Positions 10,110 through 19,303 of a stretch of 64,000 nt of DNA are shown in pieces. Under the pieces are notes generated by a model that saw nothing but the letters and a program-made list of their open reading frames with translations, was not told the origin of the DNA and made no database searches. Location of the stretch: positions 96,001 to 160,000 of the IMG/VR virus record IMGVR_UViG_3300025707_000003. The stretch is one strand, 5' to 3'. Each line of letters opens with the position of its first letter. The stretch's first letter is position 1. Source of the stretch: a virus. Taxonomy: Duplodnaviria; Caudoviricetes. A program made the position numbers and the translations under genes.

Positions 10110-10793
10110 TTACTTTAACCGTTCTGCTTCTAGGTTGTGATATTGAATAGCCTCTTCAAGAGCGTAAGCGACCCTAGACATTGAACCACTACTCGTTCTG
10201 AGCTTAGATTGTGAACCTCTACCCTCTAAGATTGGCTCTAAAATGTCAGATAACTTATTATAACCCACCGCTAAAACATAAGTAATGATAGAGAAAATAA
10301 CAGTAACACTCGCATATAAAAGCACACCACTCAGCAGGGGAGTCACTACAAAATAAATTTGTTGCAGTATCGCCACCAAAACTAATATCGCAGGAACTCC
10401 CTGAGTAAACTTTCTCAAAGCAACTTCAGAAGGGGACTGATCTCTAGCTAGTTTAAGTTCGGCAGTCGAAACTAGCATATCTAAAGCCAACCCAATACGA
10501 CCTTTCAAAGTCCTCTCCGTTTTCATGATATGATCTTCTAAGATTTGATACTCAGGATCATAATCGTAAATATACACTAGTTGCTTTGCAAGAGTGCTCG
10601 CCCCCTTCATGCTTCTAGTATTAGATACCTTTTTGAGTAAAGCAATAATCTCTCTCATGTAAGGTATCTTATCAAATAACTTTACGAGATTTCTCTTAAC
10701 TGAATCTAGGGAGTCACCCAAAAAAGCTTCTCTTTCAAGATGGGCGATTCTTATCTCAAGTTCATTAATGATTTCTGATGCTCTTCTTCTCAT
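10110..10793 (-). CDS. Tag-family protein 2 with membrane-helix cargo
   Basis: Tag MRRRASEIINELEIRIAHLE. Two hydrophobic stretches lie near the C-terminus. Confidence 0.8.
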   Translation of the reverse strand: MRRRASEIINELEIRIAHLEREAFLGDSLDSVKRNLVKLFDKIPYMREIIALLKKVSNTRSMKGASTLAKQLVYIYDYDPEYQILEDHIMKTERTLKGRIGLALDMLVSTAELKLARDQSPSEVALRKFTQGVPAILVLVAILQQIYFVVTPLLSGVLLYASVTVIFSIITYVLAVGYNKLSDILEPILEGRGSQSKLRTSSGSMSRVAYALEEAIQYHNLEAERLK

Positions 10794-10855
10794 TCTTTGT
10801 CTCCATTTTGGTTAAGGTTAAACAGGTCACTTATGACCAATTATAAATAAACTAT
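10794..10855 (-). promoter_or_regulatory. Tag-family promoter/RBS cassette
   Basis: Minus strand reads atagtttatttat..taagtgacctgtttaaccttaaccaaaatggaga, matching the cassettes at 26000, 27517, 39534 and 51449. Confidence 0.7.
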
Positions 10856-10945
10856 CTATAAAGATCTCATTTGAGTTCCTTTCAAAGTTAGAGAGAACAC
10901 GACATTTGCTAGGTATAAATAAACACATCAAAGGAGGTAGCTCAC

Positions 10946-11515
10946 ATGAGAATAATCGTAGAGGGTCTTATCGGTGTCGGTAAGTCCACATTCACAAAAG
11001 AAGCCAGTAAACACTTTAACCTTACTCCCATGTATGAATCGGTAGGAGATAATCCGTTCCTTGAAAAGTTCTATTCTGACGATCCAAGCCGATGGGCTTA
11101 TACGCTTCAAATGCACTTTCTCTATGACAGGTTCTCAAAACATCTACCAGAAAATACCTTGCTTGATCGTTCAATCTTCGGAGACTCCTGCTTTGCCAAC
11201 CTCTTAAGAGATGATGGAGTCCTTACCGAAGATGAACACAGCTCGTACATGAAGCACTTTGAAATGCTTAAGCCTTATATCCCCCCTGTTGATATTTGTA
11301 TCCACCTCCATGTTAGCGTAGAGCAAGCTATGGATAGGATTTCTAAACGAGGCAGAGAATTTGAGTCGGGTATTGAGGAGTCTTATCTGCACAAGTTACA
11401 GGTTCAAGTCATGCAGATTCCAGATAGACTCCCTAAAGAGACTAAATACATCAAGCTCGATTGGTACGACATGGATGAGGGTCAGAGGCTAGATGTCATA
11501 AGAGGATTGCTTTAA
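10946..11515 (+). CDS. Deoxynucleoside kinase
   Basis: P-loop EGLIGVGKST, YxDPxRW..LQMHFL..R, LDRSIFGD, and KRGREFE lid. Confidence 0.9.
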   Translation: MRIIVEGLIGVGKSTFTKEASKHFNLTPMYESVGDNPFLEKFYSDDPSRWAYTLQMHFLYDRFSKHLPENTLLDRSIFGDSCFANLLRDDGVLTEDEHSSYMKHFEMLKPYIPPVDICIHLHVSVEQAMDRISKRGREFESGIEESYLHKLQVQVMQIPDRLPKETKYIKLDWYDMDEGQRLDVIRGLL

Positions 11516-12303
11516 TCCTCAACCGTCAGTTGTTGCACTAAGTTTGGTAGGTAGTCCTCTGCCCTCTCAGTGGTGTAGTTAAAGCTCTTGGACTCTTGGG
11601 ACGGATTAGGGTCGATGATATACATCGGTTTCCTCATCTGCCTACCTGCTTGAACCACCATATTAGTGATCCCTACAGAGAAGCTAGTGCCGATAAAGAC
11701 CACCATATCTGCTTCCTCTATAGCTTCCATAGCGTCATCTAAGCGATAGTCCTCATGAGAACCATAAAACTCATCGAACCACAGTGCGTGTGCTCTTAAA
11801 GGGATCTCGCATTTAGGACAACAAGGTAAGTCATTCGGGTCTTTGGTCTGCCCAAACTTTTGATAGTCCTCCCAAACCTCGCTCATCGGGATTGAACCTC
11901 TCGGTGAACCATGATCACACCCATGATTGGGACAACGCACTGCGTTGGTTGTGCCATGTATCTCGATGACATTTTGTGAACCCGCCTTGTTATGAAGGTG
12001 ATCCACATTCTGTGTGATGATGTCAAAGGTCTTGCCCTCAGACTCACACCACTCCCCAATCTCCGCTAGGGCTTTATGAGCGTCATTCGGTTCAAGTTCA
12101 AAGACACCTTTGAACTTTTCTAAATACCATTCCCATGCCTTCGCTGGGTTCTTATTGAAGTAGCGTTGTGTGCCTTTCTCAAGGACATCATTAGCCCACA
12201 CAGCATCCTCTCCTGTTCTCCATGCTTGGATTCCCGATGCTGTGCTGATCCCTGCACCTGTGACAACAAGGATGTTGTCCGCTGATTTGATTGCGTTTAG
12301 CAT
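11512..12303 (-). CDS. Sir2/CobB-family NAD-dependent deacylase
   Basis: GAGISTASG, TQNVDHLH, IEIHG catalytic His, Zn-binding Cys pairs, LWFDE and IGTS. Confidence 0.92.
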   Translation of the reverse strand: MLNAIKSADNILVVTGAGISTASGIQAWRTGEDAVWANDVLEKGTQRYFNKNPAKAWEWYLEKFKGVFELEPNDAHKALAEIGEWCESEGKTFDIITQNVDHLHNKAGSQNVIEIHGTTNAVRCPNHGCDHGSPRGSIPMSEVWEDYQKFGQTKDPNDLPCCPKCEIPLRAHALWFDEFYGSHEDYRLDDAMEAIEEADMVVFIGTSFSVGITNMVVQAGRQMRKPMYIIDPNPSQESKSFNYTTERAEDYLPNLVQQLTVED

Positions 12304-12542
12304 GATAGTGTCATTTCCTTTACTGTGTAGCCCTTCTTGAGCTTTTGTGGTGCTTTTTTCTCGAAGTAAGCCCGATCTTTATTGATAGCTTGCCCCCAGT
12401 CGCCAATGCGACCATAACGGACGACCACATCTCCATTTGGGCGACCTGTGGCTTCCCAAAACTTGTAGTGACCATCCTTATGCTCCAGTCGGATTCTGAA
12501 GGTTGGGGATAGGTTGCATTGTGTTATAGCGTCAATAGCCAT
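12297..12542 (-). CDS. Stand-alone WGR-domain protein
   Basis: HYKFWE...VVVRYGRIGDWGQ...QKLKKGY pattern. The true start is at 12542 with an AAGGAG RBS, inside the track ORF 12297..12836. Confidence 0.75.
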   Translation of the reverse strand: MAIDAITQCNLSPTFRIRLEHKDGHYKFWEATGRPNGDVVVRYGRIGDWGQAINKDRAYFEKKAPQKLKKGYTVKEMTLSC

Positions 12543-12552
12543 GTGTTCTCCT

Positions 12553-12876
12553 TTAGTGAGTGATTCGTAGTGTGAGTGCATCGAGCTTTGCGTTCTGCTC
12601 GGCTCGATATGACTCCATGAAAGTAACAAGCAGAGTGGGGTCGCTGAACAGCTTGCGAAGGTGTGACTCTGCGTCCTTCGTGTAGGTGAACTCACCCACA
12701 GGGATTTGTTGTGACCACGCTCCTCGGGCTCCGAGAAAGAGGTTTGCGGTACACCCAAAGATAGTCTGATGGATGACACCAAGCTCGGTGTCAGTGTCAG
12801 ATCCTTTGGCGTAGAAGAACTTACAGCCGTTCTCAAAGTTATCGAAGGTGAGGGTGGTCTTGGTCTTGGTAGCCAT
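12553..12876 (-). CDS. Hypothetical protein
   Basis: 107-aa ORF with a GGAG RBS behind a class A motif. Confidence 0.75.
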   Translation of the reverse strand: MATKTKTTLTFDNFENGCKFFYAKGSDTDTELGVIHQTIFGCTANLFLGARGAWSQQIPVGEFTYTKDAESHLRKLFSDPTLLVTFMESYRAEQNAKLDALTLRITH

Positions 12877-12917
12877 GTCGTTCTCCGTTCGGGGAGTGTT
12901 GGTTGGTGAGGATTGTC

Positions 12918-12949
12918 CCCCTTACATTATGATATAAATAAGGGGTTAC
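12918..12949 (-). promoter_or_regulatory. Class A (putative early) motif with a CCCCTTA-N14-TAAGGGG dyad
   Basis: Minus strand reads gtaaccccttatttatatcataatgtaagggg. Confidence 0.7.
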
Positions 12950-13001
12950 GATTCTAACTTTCCTTTACTTTGCAGGTGTTTATGGTTTTTGTGCGTGTAG
13001 C

Positions 13002-13018
13002 GTAACCCCTTGTTTATA
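13002..13018 (+). promoter_or_regulatory. Class A motif
   Basis: gtaaccccttgtttata upstream of the CNNM gene, divergent from the 12933 copy. Confidence 0.6.
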
Positions 13019-13067
13019 CCCTTACATGAGGATCGAACCTCGCCACCAACTCTTAATGGAGAACCAC

Positions 13068-13997
13068 ATGGTCAGCACACTATCTGCTTTTTTCATCACT
13101 ATCATCGCCTCAGCTATCCACAGTGCGTGGGAAATGGCTGTCGCTTCCTTGTCTAAGGCTGAGGTTAAGTCAGCCTGTAAAAACAAGGTCTTCGGATCTT
13201 GTGCGTTGAGCAAGGTGATGAATGATAAAGAGTCTTTTATTAGCACCAATACCATCTGTAATAACATCGCCAACATCATGGGTAGTGGTGTTGTCGGTAC
13301 GAACGCAGGTATGTGGCTTGGTAGCGAGTATGTTGGTTTGGTGATGGGTATCCTCACTTTCACTATCATCATCTGCTCAGAGATCATCCCTAAAGCGTAT
13401 GGTACGAATAACCCTCTCTTTGTGGGTCGTGTCTTCGCTCCTATGATGGTTTTACTGTCATGGGTACTCACACCTATCAACTGGGTCATAGGAAAGCTCA
13501 CAGCTCGTTTTAAGGGTGCAGAGCCTTCTGCTATCGTAGAGAAGATCTACGAGGGTACTTATAACCTTTCACTCACGACTGTTGAGCAGGTTGGTACTCC
13601 ACGAGTCAACATGACCACTGTCCGAGCAGATGAGCGACTAGAGGACATCAAGCCCTCTCTCTTTGAGAGTCAGCACTCACGACTTGTCGTACTTGGTAAG
13701 AGCCGAGATGATGTAAAGGGTATCATGCTTCTCAAAGACGCTTTCCAAGCTCTTGCTAAGGACGAGAACCCTACTGTCGAAGAGCTTACAAGACCTGTCC
13801 TCAAGGTTGAATCGAACATCTCTTGTGAAGAGATGTTCAAACAGTTCACCACGAACAAGTCTCACCTCGCTGTCATGGTAGATGACTTTGGAGGAACAGA
13901 TGGTGTCGTGAGTCTTGAGGACATCATGGAACTGATGACCCAAACCGAGATCACCGATGAAACAGACGAGCAAGTCTGTATGCGTGAGGTAGGGTAA
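13068..13997 (+). CDS. CNNM/CorC/HlyC-family membrane protein (DUF21 plus CBS pair)
   Basis: SAWEMAVASL, NNIANIMG, CSEIIPKAYG, TPRVNM, HSRLVVLG and VDDFGGTDGVVSLEDIME. The start is placed at the ATG following GGAG. Confidence 0.88.
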   Translation: MVSTLSAFFITIIASAIHSAWEMAVASLSKAEVKSACKNKVFGSCALSKVMNDKESFISTNTICNNIANIMGSGVVGTNAGMWLGSEYVGLVMGILTFTIIICSEIIPKAYGTNNPLFVGRVFAPMMVLLSWVLTPINWVIGKLTARFKGAEPSAIVEKIYEGTYNLSLTTVEQVGTPRVNMTTVRADERLEDIKPSLFESQHSRLVVLGKSRDDVKGIMLLKDAFQALAKDENPTVEELTRPVLKVESNISCEEMFKQFTTNKSHLAVMVDDFGGTDGVVSLEDIMELMTQTEITDETDEQVCMREVG

Positions 13998-14006
13998 TCA
14001 TATAAT
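13998..14006 (+). promoter_or_regulatory. Class C motif ATCATATAA
   Basis: Recurs at 44614, 46838 (AACATATAA), 47862, 52453 and 60573 (minus), always upstream of a gene. Confidence 0.4.
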
Positions 14007-14091
14007 GAAGTTTATAATCACAATTTTCCTGTGGGTGCTAATCACACTCCCTTTAACCCTCTTACTTTACTCAATCTTTTAAGGAGACATT

Positions 14092-14379
14092 ATGTCATTC
14101 CCTCTAACAAAAGAATCTATCAATAAAATCTCTGACTATGGAACAGCGAAAGCGTTCATATCGGCTTTTTCTACACCGAGCCTAATCACAACACCTTCTG
14201 GAATGAGTAACTTTGACTTTATCAAAGTATGGTTTACTTTCTTAGAAAATGCCCCAAAGTCTACTGGTTGGAGAGACATGAAAGAACTGTTTATGAAAAT
14301 ATACAACCACAAAGAACTGTTTATGGAAATATACAACCACAATGCAGATGCTATCGAGGAGGCACTTGGAAATGAATAA
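14092..14379 (+). CDS. Hypothetical protein
   Basis: AAGGAG RBS; contains a 30-bp tandem duplication. Confidence 0.65.
   Translation: MSFPLTKESINKISDYGTAKAFISAFSTPSLITTPSGMSNFDFIKVWFTFLENAPKSTGWRDMKELFMKIYNHKELFMEIYNHNADAIEEALGNE
14281..14340 (+). repeat. 30-bp tandem duplication with 1 mismatch
   Basis: aaagaactgtttatg(a/g)aaatatacaaccac occurs twice. Confidence 0.9.
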
Positions 14380-14824
14380 GCAACAAATCGCAGAGAGCCT
14401 ATGTCGTATCAAGGCACTAAAAGACGCTCTCGATGCAGAGATCAAATCCTTGCGTCAGCATATCCCTGTAGGAGAAAAGATCGAGACACCTCTTGGTGAT
14501 GTTCACCATGTGGATTCATCTCGCACATCATATGATGAAGCAGGTCTACTAGCCGAGCTTAACCGACAGGGCATCGACCCCACAACTATCGGTGAGGTTG
14601 TGGTCAAGGTAGACCGTAAAAAGTTCGCCAAAGCTATCACCAAAGGAGCAATCCCCTCAAACCTTATTGAGGACTACTCTGAGACTAAGCCTGTACCACA
14701 GCTTAAAATCAAGCCTAAGCTAGACGCTCAAAACTTAGGGCGGGATACTCAGAGCCGTGTTGCTTCTTTAACAGGAGGGGCGAACTATGACGAGAGGGTT
14801 CTCGAAAAAAACCTTCAAAGATAG
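14372..14824 (+). CDS. Hypothetical protein
   Basis: ATG after GAGGAGG, overlapping the previous stop. Confidence 0.7.
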   Translation: MNKQQIAESLCRIKALKDALDAEIKSLRQHIPVGEKIETPLGDVHHVDSSRTSYDEAGLLAELNRQGIDPTTIGEVVVKVDRKKFAKAITKGAIPSNLIEDYSETKPVPQLKIKPKLDAQNLGRDTQSRVASLTGGANYDERVLEKNLQR

Positions 14825-14922
14825 TCCTTATAGGGCTGTAGGGTGTGTTGTGGATTAAAAAATTGGGTAAAAGCTCAACCTGTGTTTACAATTTAAATTA
14901 ATGACCTTGAAAGGAGCTTGGT

Positions 14923-15087
14923 ATGCTTGATATAGATGCCTTCATCATTGAACGCCTCAAGAAACAGCAAAGACAAAGAGAACTTGAGGATGAGAGTCGT
15001 AGGATTTGGTTGCCCATACCTCAACCAGAGCTAAAACCAAAAGAAGAGCAAAGAGAACCCAAGAGGGTCATTGAAATACAACTTTAG
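14923..15087 (+). CDS. Small charged protein (54 aa), not in the ORF track
   Basis: AAGGAG RBS; translates as MLDIDAFIIERLKKQQRQRELEDESRRIWLPIPQPELKPKEEQREPKRVIEIQL. Confidence 0.7.
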   Translation: MLDIDAFIIERLKKQQRQRELEDESRRIWLPIPQPELKPKEEQREPKRVIEIQL

Positions 15088-15097
15088 GAGTGATTGA

Positions 15098-15613
15098 GTG
15101 AAGCAACTAATTTTAGTCCGTGGTCTAAGTGGTTCGGGGAAAACAACACTGGCAGAGACAATATGTGGCGAAATTGAAGACCGATTCAAAGTGTCTGCTG
15201 ACGAATTCTTTGTAGACGATAGTGGTGTTTACACATTCAACCATGAAGCACTTAAAGAAGCTCATGGTTGGTGTCAAAAAAAGTGTCTTGAAGCGATGGA
15301 AGACGGTTTTCAAGTCATCGTTGTCCATAACACATTAACTCGTAAATGGGAGTGTGATCCTTACATGGAAATGGCTACAAAGAATGACTACTTGGTACAG
15401 GTTATTAACCTGTACGATGGTGGTCTTTCTGATCGTCAACTGTATGAAAGAGGAACACATAATGTCCCCACTCATGTGATCCAAAGCCAACGCTTTAGGT
15501 GGGAAAATGATGTGTTTCGTGAAAAGCGTCAGAATAATTATAATCAACCTCATTACGAGAAGGGCAGGAATAATCAGCGTGGTTCTTTCCGTAGAAAAGA
15601 CTCACGCTGGTAG
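15098..15613 (+). CDS. AAA_33/NEDD4-BP2-like P-loop kinase
   Basis: LVRGLSGSGKTT, SADEFF, AHGWCQ, VIVVHNT and RGTHNVP. Confidence 0.85.
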   Translation: MKQLILVRGLSGSGKTTLAETICGEIEDRFKVSADEFFVDDSGVYTFNHEALKEAHGWCQKKCLEAMEDGFQVIVVHNTLTRKWECDPYMEMATKNDYLVQVINLYDGGLSDRQLYERGTHNVPTHVIQSQRFRWENDVFREKRQNNYNQPHYEKGRNNQRGSFRRKDSRW

Positions 15614-15619
15614 GCAAAT

Positions 15620-15636
15620 GTAACCCCTAATTTATA
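15620..15636 (+). promoter_or_regulatory. Class A motif
   Basis: gtaacccctaatttata upstream of the 15688 gene. Confidence 0.55.
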
Positions 15637-15687
15637 TAATAATATAAGATTAGATGAAACTAAAAACTAAAAACAAGGGGGGACATT

Positions 15688-16116
15688 ATGAATGACTTTC
15701 GGGTAGGGCATCAACTGTTAGTAGGAAAAACAACGCTGAAGAGCTTGGAGGTCATAGATGTGATCGAGAGGAATAAAGTCTTCAGCGTTGTTGACGAAGA
15801 AAAAAATATAAAAAATGTTCATGTTGATGACGCTTCTCTTTTCTCTTACTTTTCCAACAATATAACTCAACCTGAGACCCAAGACACAGAGGGTCGATTT
15901 ACAGTCGAAGGTGATAAGGACAATAGTCATTATCCAAAATGGGATTGTGGTCAAAAGGTTGAGTTTGAGGTCGAGTTAAAAGGTGCTTCTCTAAAAGTTT
16001 TGGGGTACATAACTCGCAACTTTTGGTCTGGCTACTACCTTTTATCAGAGGTAGGTGTTTCAGTACCTAACAGGTATTGGAAAGTCGCCCACTCTAAGTG
16101 TACTAAAATTGGTTAA
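15688..16116 (+). CDS. Hypothetical protein
   Basis: 142-aa ORF with a GGGGGA RBS. Confidence 0.7.
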   Translation: MNDFRVGHQLLVGKTTLKSLEVIDVIERNKVFSVVDEEKNIKNVHVDDASLFSYFSNNITQPETQDTEGRFTVEGDKDNSHYPKWDCGQKVEFEVELKGASLKVLGYITRNFWSGYYLLSEVGVSVPNRYWKVAHSKCTKIG

Positions 16117-16226
16117 TACCACTCATCACTCTTTAACATCTCTTCCACTTCTTCGGGAGACATTTCGGAGTTGATTATTCCATGTATAGTCATGGAAATA
16201 ACGATTAAAATAAGTAAGGCTAACAT
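16113..16226 (-). CDS. Small membrane peptide (37 aa), not in the ORF track
   Basis: MLALLILIVISMTIHGIINSEMSPEEVEEMLKSDEWY with an AAGGA RBS; overlaps the previous stop. Confidence 0.5.
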   Translation of the reverse strand: MLALLILIVISMTIHGIINSEMSPEEVEEMLKSDEWY

Positions 16227-16651
16227 ATACTGTCCTTATAGTTTTTAATGGCACGATAGCAGTTTGAACGATTTTCGTATCCAAGCATTTTAGATATCTT
16301 CTTATAGGTATAACCCAGTTGTCGAAGATTGTAGGCTACTTGCCCTTTGTGGTGGGATTTGTTCGTAGATATTCCATTCATTTCAGAATATCTACGAATG
16401 TAATTTGTGACTGTCGATGGACAGACACCAAAGTATCGAGCGATGTCTCTTATGCTCATTGTGTTGTAGTATAAGTTAAAAGCCAGTTTATAGTCAGGTT
16501 TGAGTCTTGGGTAGATTAAACTATTAGCGTAAGCATATCTCTTGATGTAGTGTCGTATTGTGCTTTGCTTAACCCCAAAGTGTTCTTCAAGCTGAGGGTA
16601 GCTTATGCCTTGTATGTACATCTGATATGCTTCATAAGCCCAAGATTTCAT
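16220..16651 (-). CDS. Triple-HTH DNA-binding protein
   Basis: Three repeats of the pattern A.LY.G.S..I...G....V..YI.RY. Confidence 0.7.
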   Translation of the reverse strand: MKSWAYEAYQMYIQGISYPQLEEHFGVKQSTIRHYIKRYAYANSLIYPRLKPDYKLAFNLYYNTMSIRDIARYFGVCPSTVTNYIRRYSEMNGISTNKSHHKGQVAYNLRQLGYTYKKISKMLGYENRSNCYRAIKNYKDSIC

Positions 16652-16947
16652 TTTTTGATTACCTCAATACCTAACATCTTCCCATTTAGCTGAGACTGCA
16701 TCTTCTGTAAAAATTGAATGTCCTCATCACTAAGCGTATCCTTTTGTCTCGAAAGATCGCTATGTGAGACTACACAAACACCCTCTCTAATACAGAGGTC
16801 TGTTGCTCTAGTGAGTACTTCAATCCAGACAAGAGTAGTCGTAAACTCCCCGCAATCTTTTTCTATGATGAAGTGAATATGAGGACAGCCTAATCGGGAT
16901 TTTATCTCTAAAGCCCTATTGAGATCAGACACTAGATGCAAGATCAT
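16648..16947 (-). CDS. Hypothetical protein
   Basis: ATG overlaps the amidase TAA (TAATG). Confidence 0.6.
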   Translation of the reverse strand: MILHLVSDLNRALEIKSRLGCPHIHFIIEKDCGEFTTTLVWIEVLTRATDLCIREGVCVVSHSDLSRQKDTLSDEDIQFLQKMQSQLNGKMLGIEVIKK

Positions 16948-17894
16948 TACCCAAATAAAGTATCCCACCAACACGCACAATCCCACTTCTTTTGTGTGAT
17001 GTGGTGGTGTCCGATTACGCCAGTAAAGTTTCTTGTAAGATAACCCTTATCCACCACCCCATGATAGAAATCTCCATCATAAGACTGACCTTCAGACCCA
17101 CAAGGGAACTGATATGGAATGTCCAAAGCAGTACAGAGACTCTTAACTGCTTCCCGAACAGCTATAGCTACATTCGGATCTAAGGAGATAATACGCTTAT
17201 CTCCACGACCAGTGTCATTGGTTGTCTCTTGTACATCATACCCTTTCTTTACATAGTGGTTCTTCCACTTCAAAGAAGGTTGCTGACAAATGTCGATACC
17301 CACCGAGTAAGAGTTAGCCCATCCTCCATGCCAACTCTTGTGGTTGAGGTCGAGATATTGATAAATGGTAGGATTGCCTTCTGGACTCAACCCAATCCCT
17401 GCGTGTGAACTGACTTCTCTATCGGGGCTAGAGAAGATCCTGTGGCAATGATGAGGGTCAAGACCCCCCCAATGCACAACTATGATCGTTGGTTTTCTAC
17501 CCTTACGAGATGAAAAATGCCCAAATCTGTGGAGATCGAGTCCACCTCTTTGGTCGAAGTTGACGATTTCTACTGTAGGGTCGATGTCCACACCAACCCT
17601 ACGATCATTTACCGTCCAATATGCTTGACCGTCTTCAATACGATCAAACTTTTTTAACATCGCAGACCATGTTCCTCGACCCATTTTCCCATCGACTCCA
17701 GAGCCTGCTCCAAAGTTGTCTTCTTGGAACGCTTCGACAGCAAGTGCGAAATCTGTAGAATCGACAGACTTAGCTAAGTTAGGGTATGCTTCGATTGCCG
17801 ACTGAGGGATATTATCCAACCAACCGACAGAGACACTTGCTTTCTTATTATATGAGCAAGCATTGGATCTAGTTTGTATAACTATGGAGGACAT
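16947..17894 (-). CDS. N-acetylmuramoyl-L-alanine amidase with a PG-binding domain (endolysin)
   Basis: AVEAFQ..DGKMGRGTW (PG_binding_1-like), IVVHW, SSHAGIG, SWHGG..NSYSVGIDI and IGHHHITQKKWDC. Confidence 0.85.
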   Translation of the reverse strand: MSSIVIQTRSNACSYNKKASVSVGWLDNIPQSAIEAYPNLAKSVDSTDFALAVEAFQEDNFGAGSGVDGKMGRGTWSAMLKKFDRIEDGQAYWTVNDRRVGVDIDPTVEIVNFDQRGGLDLHRFGHFSSRKGRKPTIIVVHWGGLDPHHCHRIFSSPDREVSSHAGIGLSPEGNPTIYQYLDLNHKSWHGGWANSYSVGIDICQQPSLKWKNHYVKKGYDVQETTNDTGRGDKRIISLDPNVAIAVREAVKSLCTALDIPYQFPCGSEGQSYDGDFYHGVVDKGYLTRNFTGVIGHHHITQKKWDCACWWDTLFG

Positions 17895-17923
17895 TGTTCA
17901 CCTTTCTATTGTGAGTTTCTTTC

Positions 17924-19303
17924 ATGTCGTTATCTTTATTTATACCTACAATAAATGAACTATCATCACTTTTAGTTTTAAGCCATGCGAGTAATGGGGG
18001 TACTGTTCTACTCTCTCGCAACAATAAGATATGGAATAATCTATCTGCAAAGTCGATTATCAATGCTTACCACCCAGAACTACACGCTAGAATCATTCAA
18101 ACTTCATTGTTAGAGTTATGTAAGTCGGGAGATGGGTGTAAACTCGGTGCGTTTATCACTATTTCTCTACTAAGATCTTTTCATCGCCATTACGGTGAAG
18201 TCCACCCTAAGATTACGGATCAAGTTAAGAAGGCAGTTAATCTCGCTGTAAATGCCGTACCTAGATACGAATCCAACCAAGATATATTAAAAGAAATCGG
18301 ACTCCAGAGTGAGCTTGATGGGGAATCCATAGATAAGATCTCCGAAGCTATTTATCTCGCAGGCTCTTTATCTTCTCATGTCTCTCTTGAGAAATGGGAA
18401 GGGAATGGTTGTGAAGTTGTTGAAACCGAATCTTTCCATGCTTCACTAAGAGTACACCATGATAATGAAGCATATCTCAATGGCCCAATGTTCGCTTTAT
18501 TTAGTCGGCCAGTTTTTGAAGTGGATCACATACTAAATGCGATGGAACTCATGGGGTCATTTGAAGGTAGACCACTAGTCATTATAGCCCCTATGGTAGG
18601 TGGTAAAGCCCTACAAGCAATCAAGATGAACAACCATAAAGGAACACTTGAAGTATATGCGTGTGATGCACCGAGAGTGATTTGGGGCAAGGGTTGGTTA
18701 GATGACTTTGCTTCGTTTACTGGAGCTACTGTTGTTGATCAGAAGTATGAAAAGTTTGTACCTGAGTTCTATGGTTCAGCTATTAACTCCGTCCTTAACT
18801 ACACAGAAATGATTACAGACCCTTATGATGACCATGTAGATAAAACAGCAGACCGAGTAGATGAACTCCTTAGAGAAGCTGAAAGTTCACCTCACCCTCA
18901 CACACAAGATCAGTTGAGAAAAAGAGCCAACGCCCTTAATGGTACGCTCGTTCGCTTGAGAGTTGGTGGTCCTACCGAAGCTGAGGCAAGATGGCGTAGA
19001 GGATTAGCCGAAAAAGCCTTGATTTCTATGATGGATGCTAAAGTAAATGGGTATGTCAAAGGAGCAATCCCTACCCTCTATAACATAACCACAGGAAACC
19101 CATATCTTGATCGAGCATTGAAAGCACCTTTTAAAGTCGTATGTCATAACTTAGGTAAGGCTGAGAATGACTCTAGCGTATGGGATATAAAAGAACTCTA
19201 TGAGCCTTTCCCTGTTGGTAGATTGATTGAGTTATTAGACAAATCCATATCAATAGCCACAACTTTAGGTTCTGTGGGTTATATAGTCAGGAGCAAAAAA
19301 TGA
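17924..19303 (+). CDS. Divergent GroEL/Cpn60-like chaperonin
   Basis: SGDG at the GDGTTT position, GRPLVIIAP, LDDFASFTGATVV, QLRKRANALNG..LRVGGPTEAEAR. Confidence 0.75.
   Translation: MSLSLFIPTINELSSLLVLSHASNGGTVLLSRNNKIWNNLSAKSIINAYHPELHARIIQTSLLELCKSGDGCKLGAFITISLLRSFHRHYGEVHPKITDQVKKAVNLAVNAVPRYESNQDILKEIGLQSELDGESIDKISEAIYLAGSLSSHVSLEKWEGNGCEVVETESFHASLRVHHDNEAYLNGPMFALFSRPVFEVDHILNAMELMGSFEGRPLVIIAPMVGGKALQAIKMNNHKGTLEVYACDAPRVIWGKGWLDDFASFTGATVVDQKYEKFVPEFYGSAINSVLNYTEMITDPYDDHVDKTADRVDELLREAESSPHPHTQDQLRKRANALNGTLVRLRVGGPTEAEARWRRGLAEKALISMMDAKVNGYVKGAIPTLYNITTGNPYLDRALKAPFKVVCHNLGKAENDSSVWDIKELYEPFPVGRLIELLDKSISIATTLGSVGYIVRSKK

Noticed and set aside
12918-12945. 28-bp dyad as an Xer dif site
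   Set aside because: The length matches, but the inner ATAA-N6-TTAT arms of dif are absent, only 3 of 14 copies are dyads, and no tyrosine recombinase is in the window.
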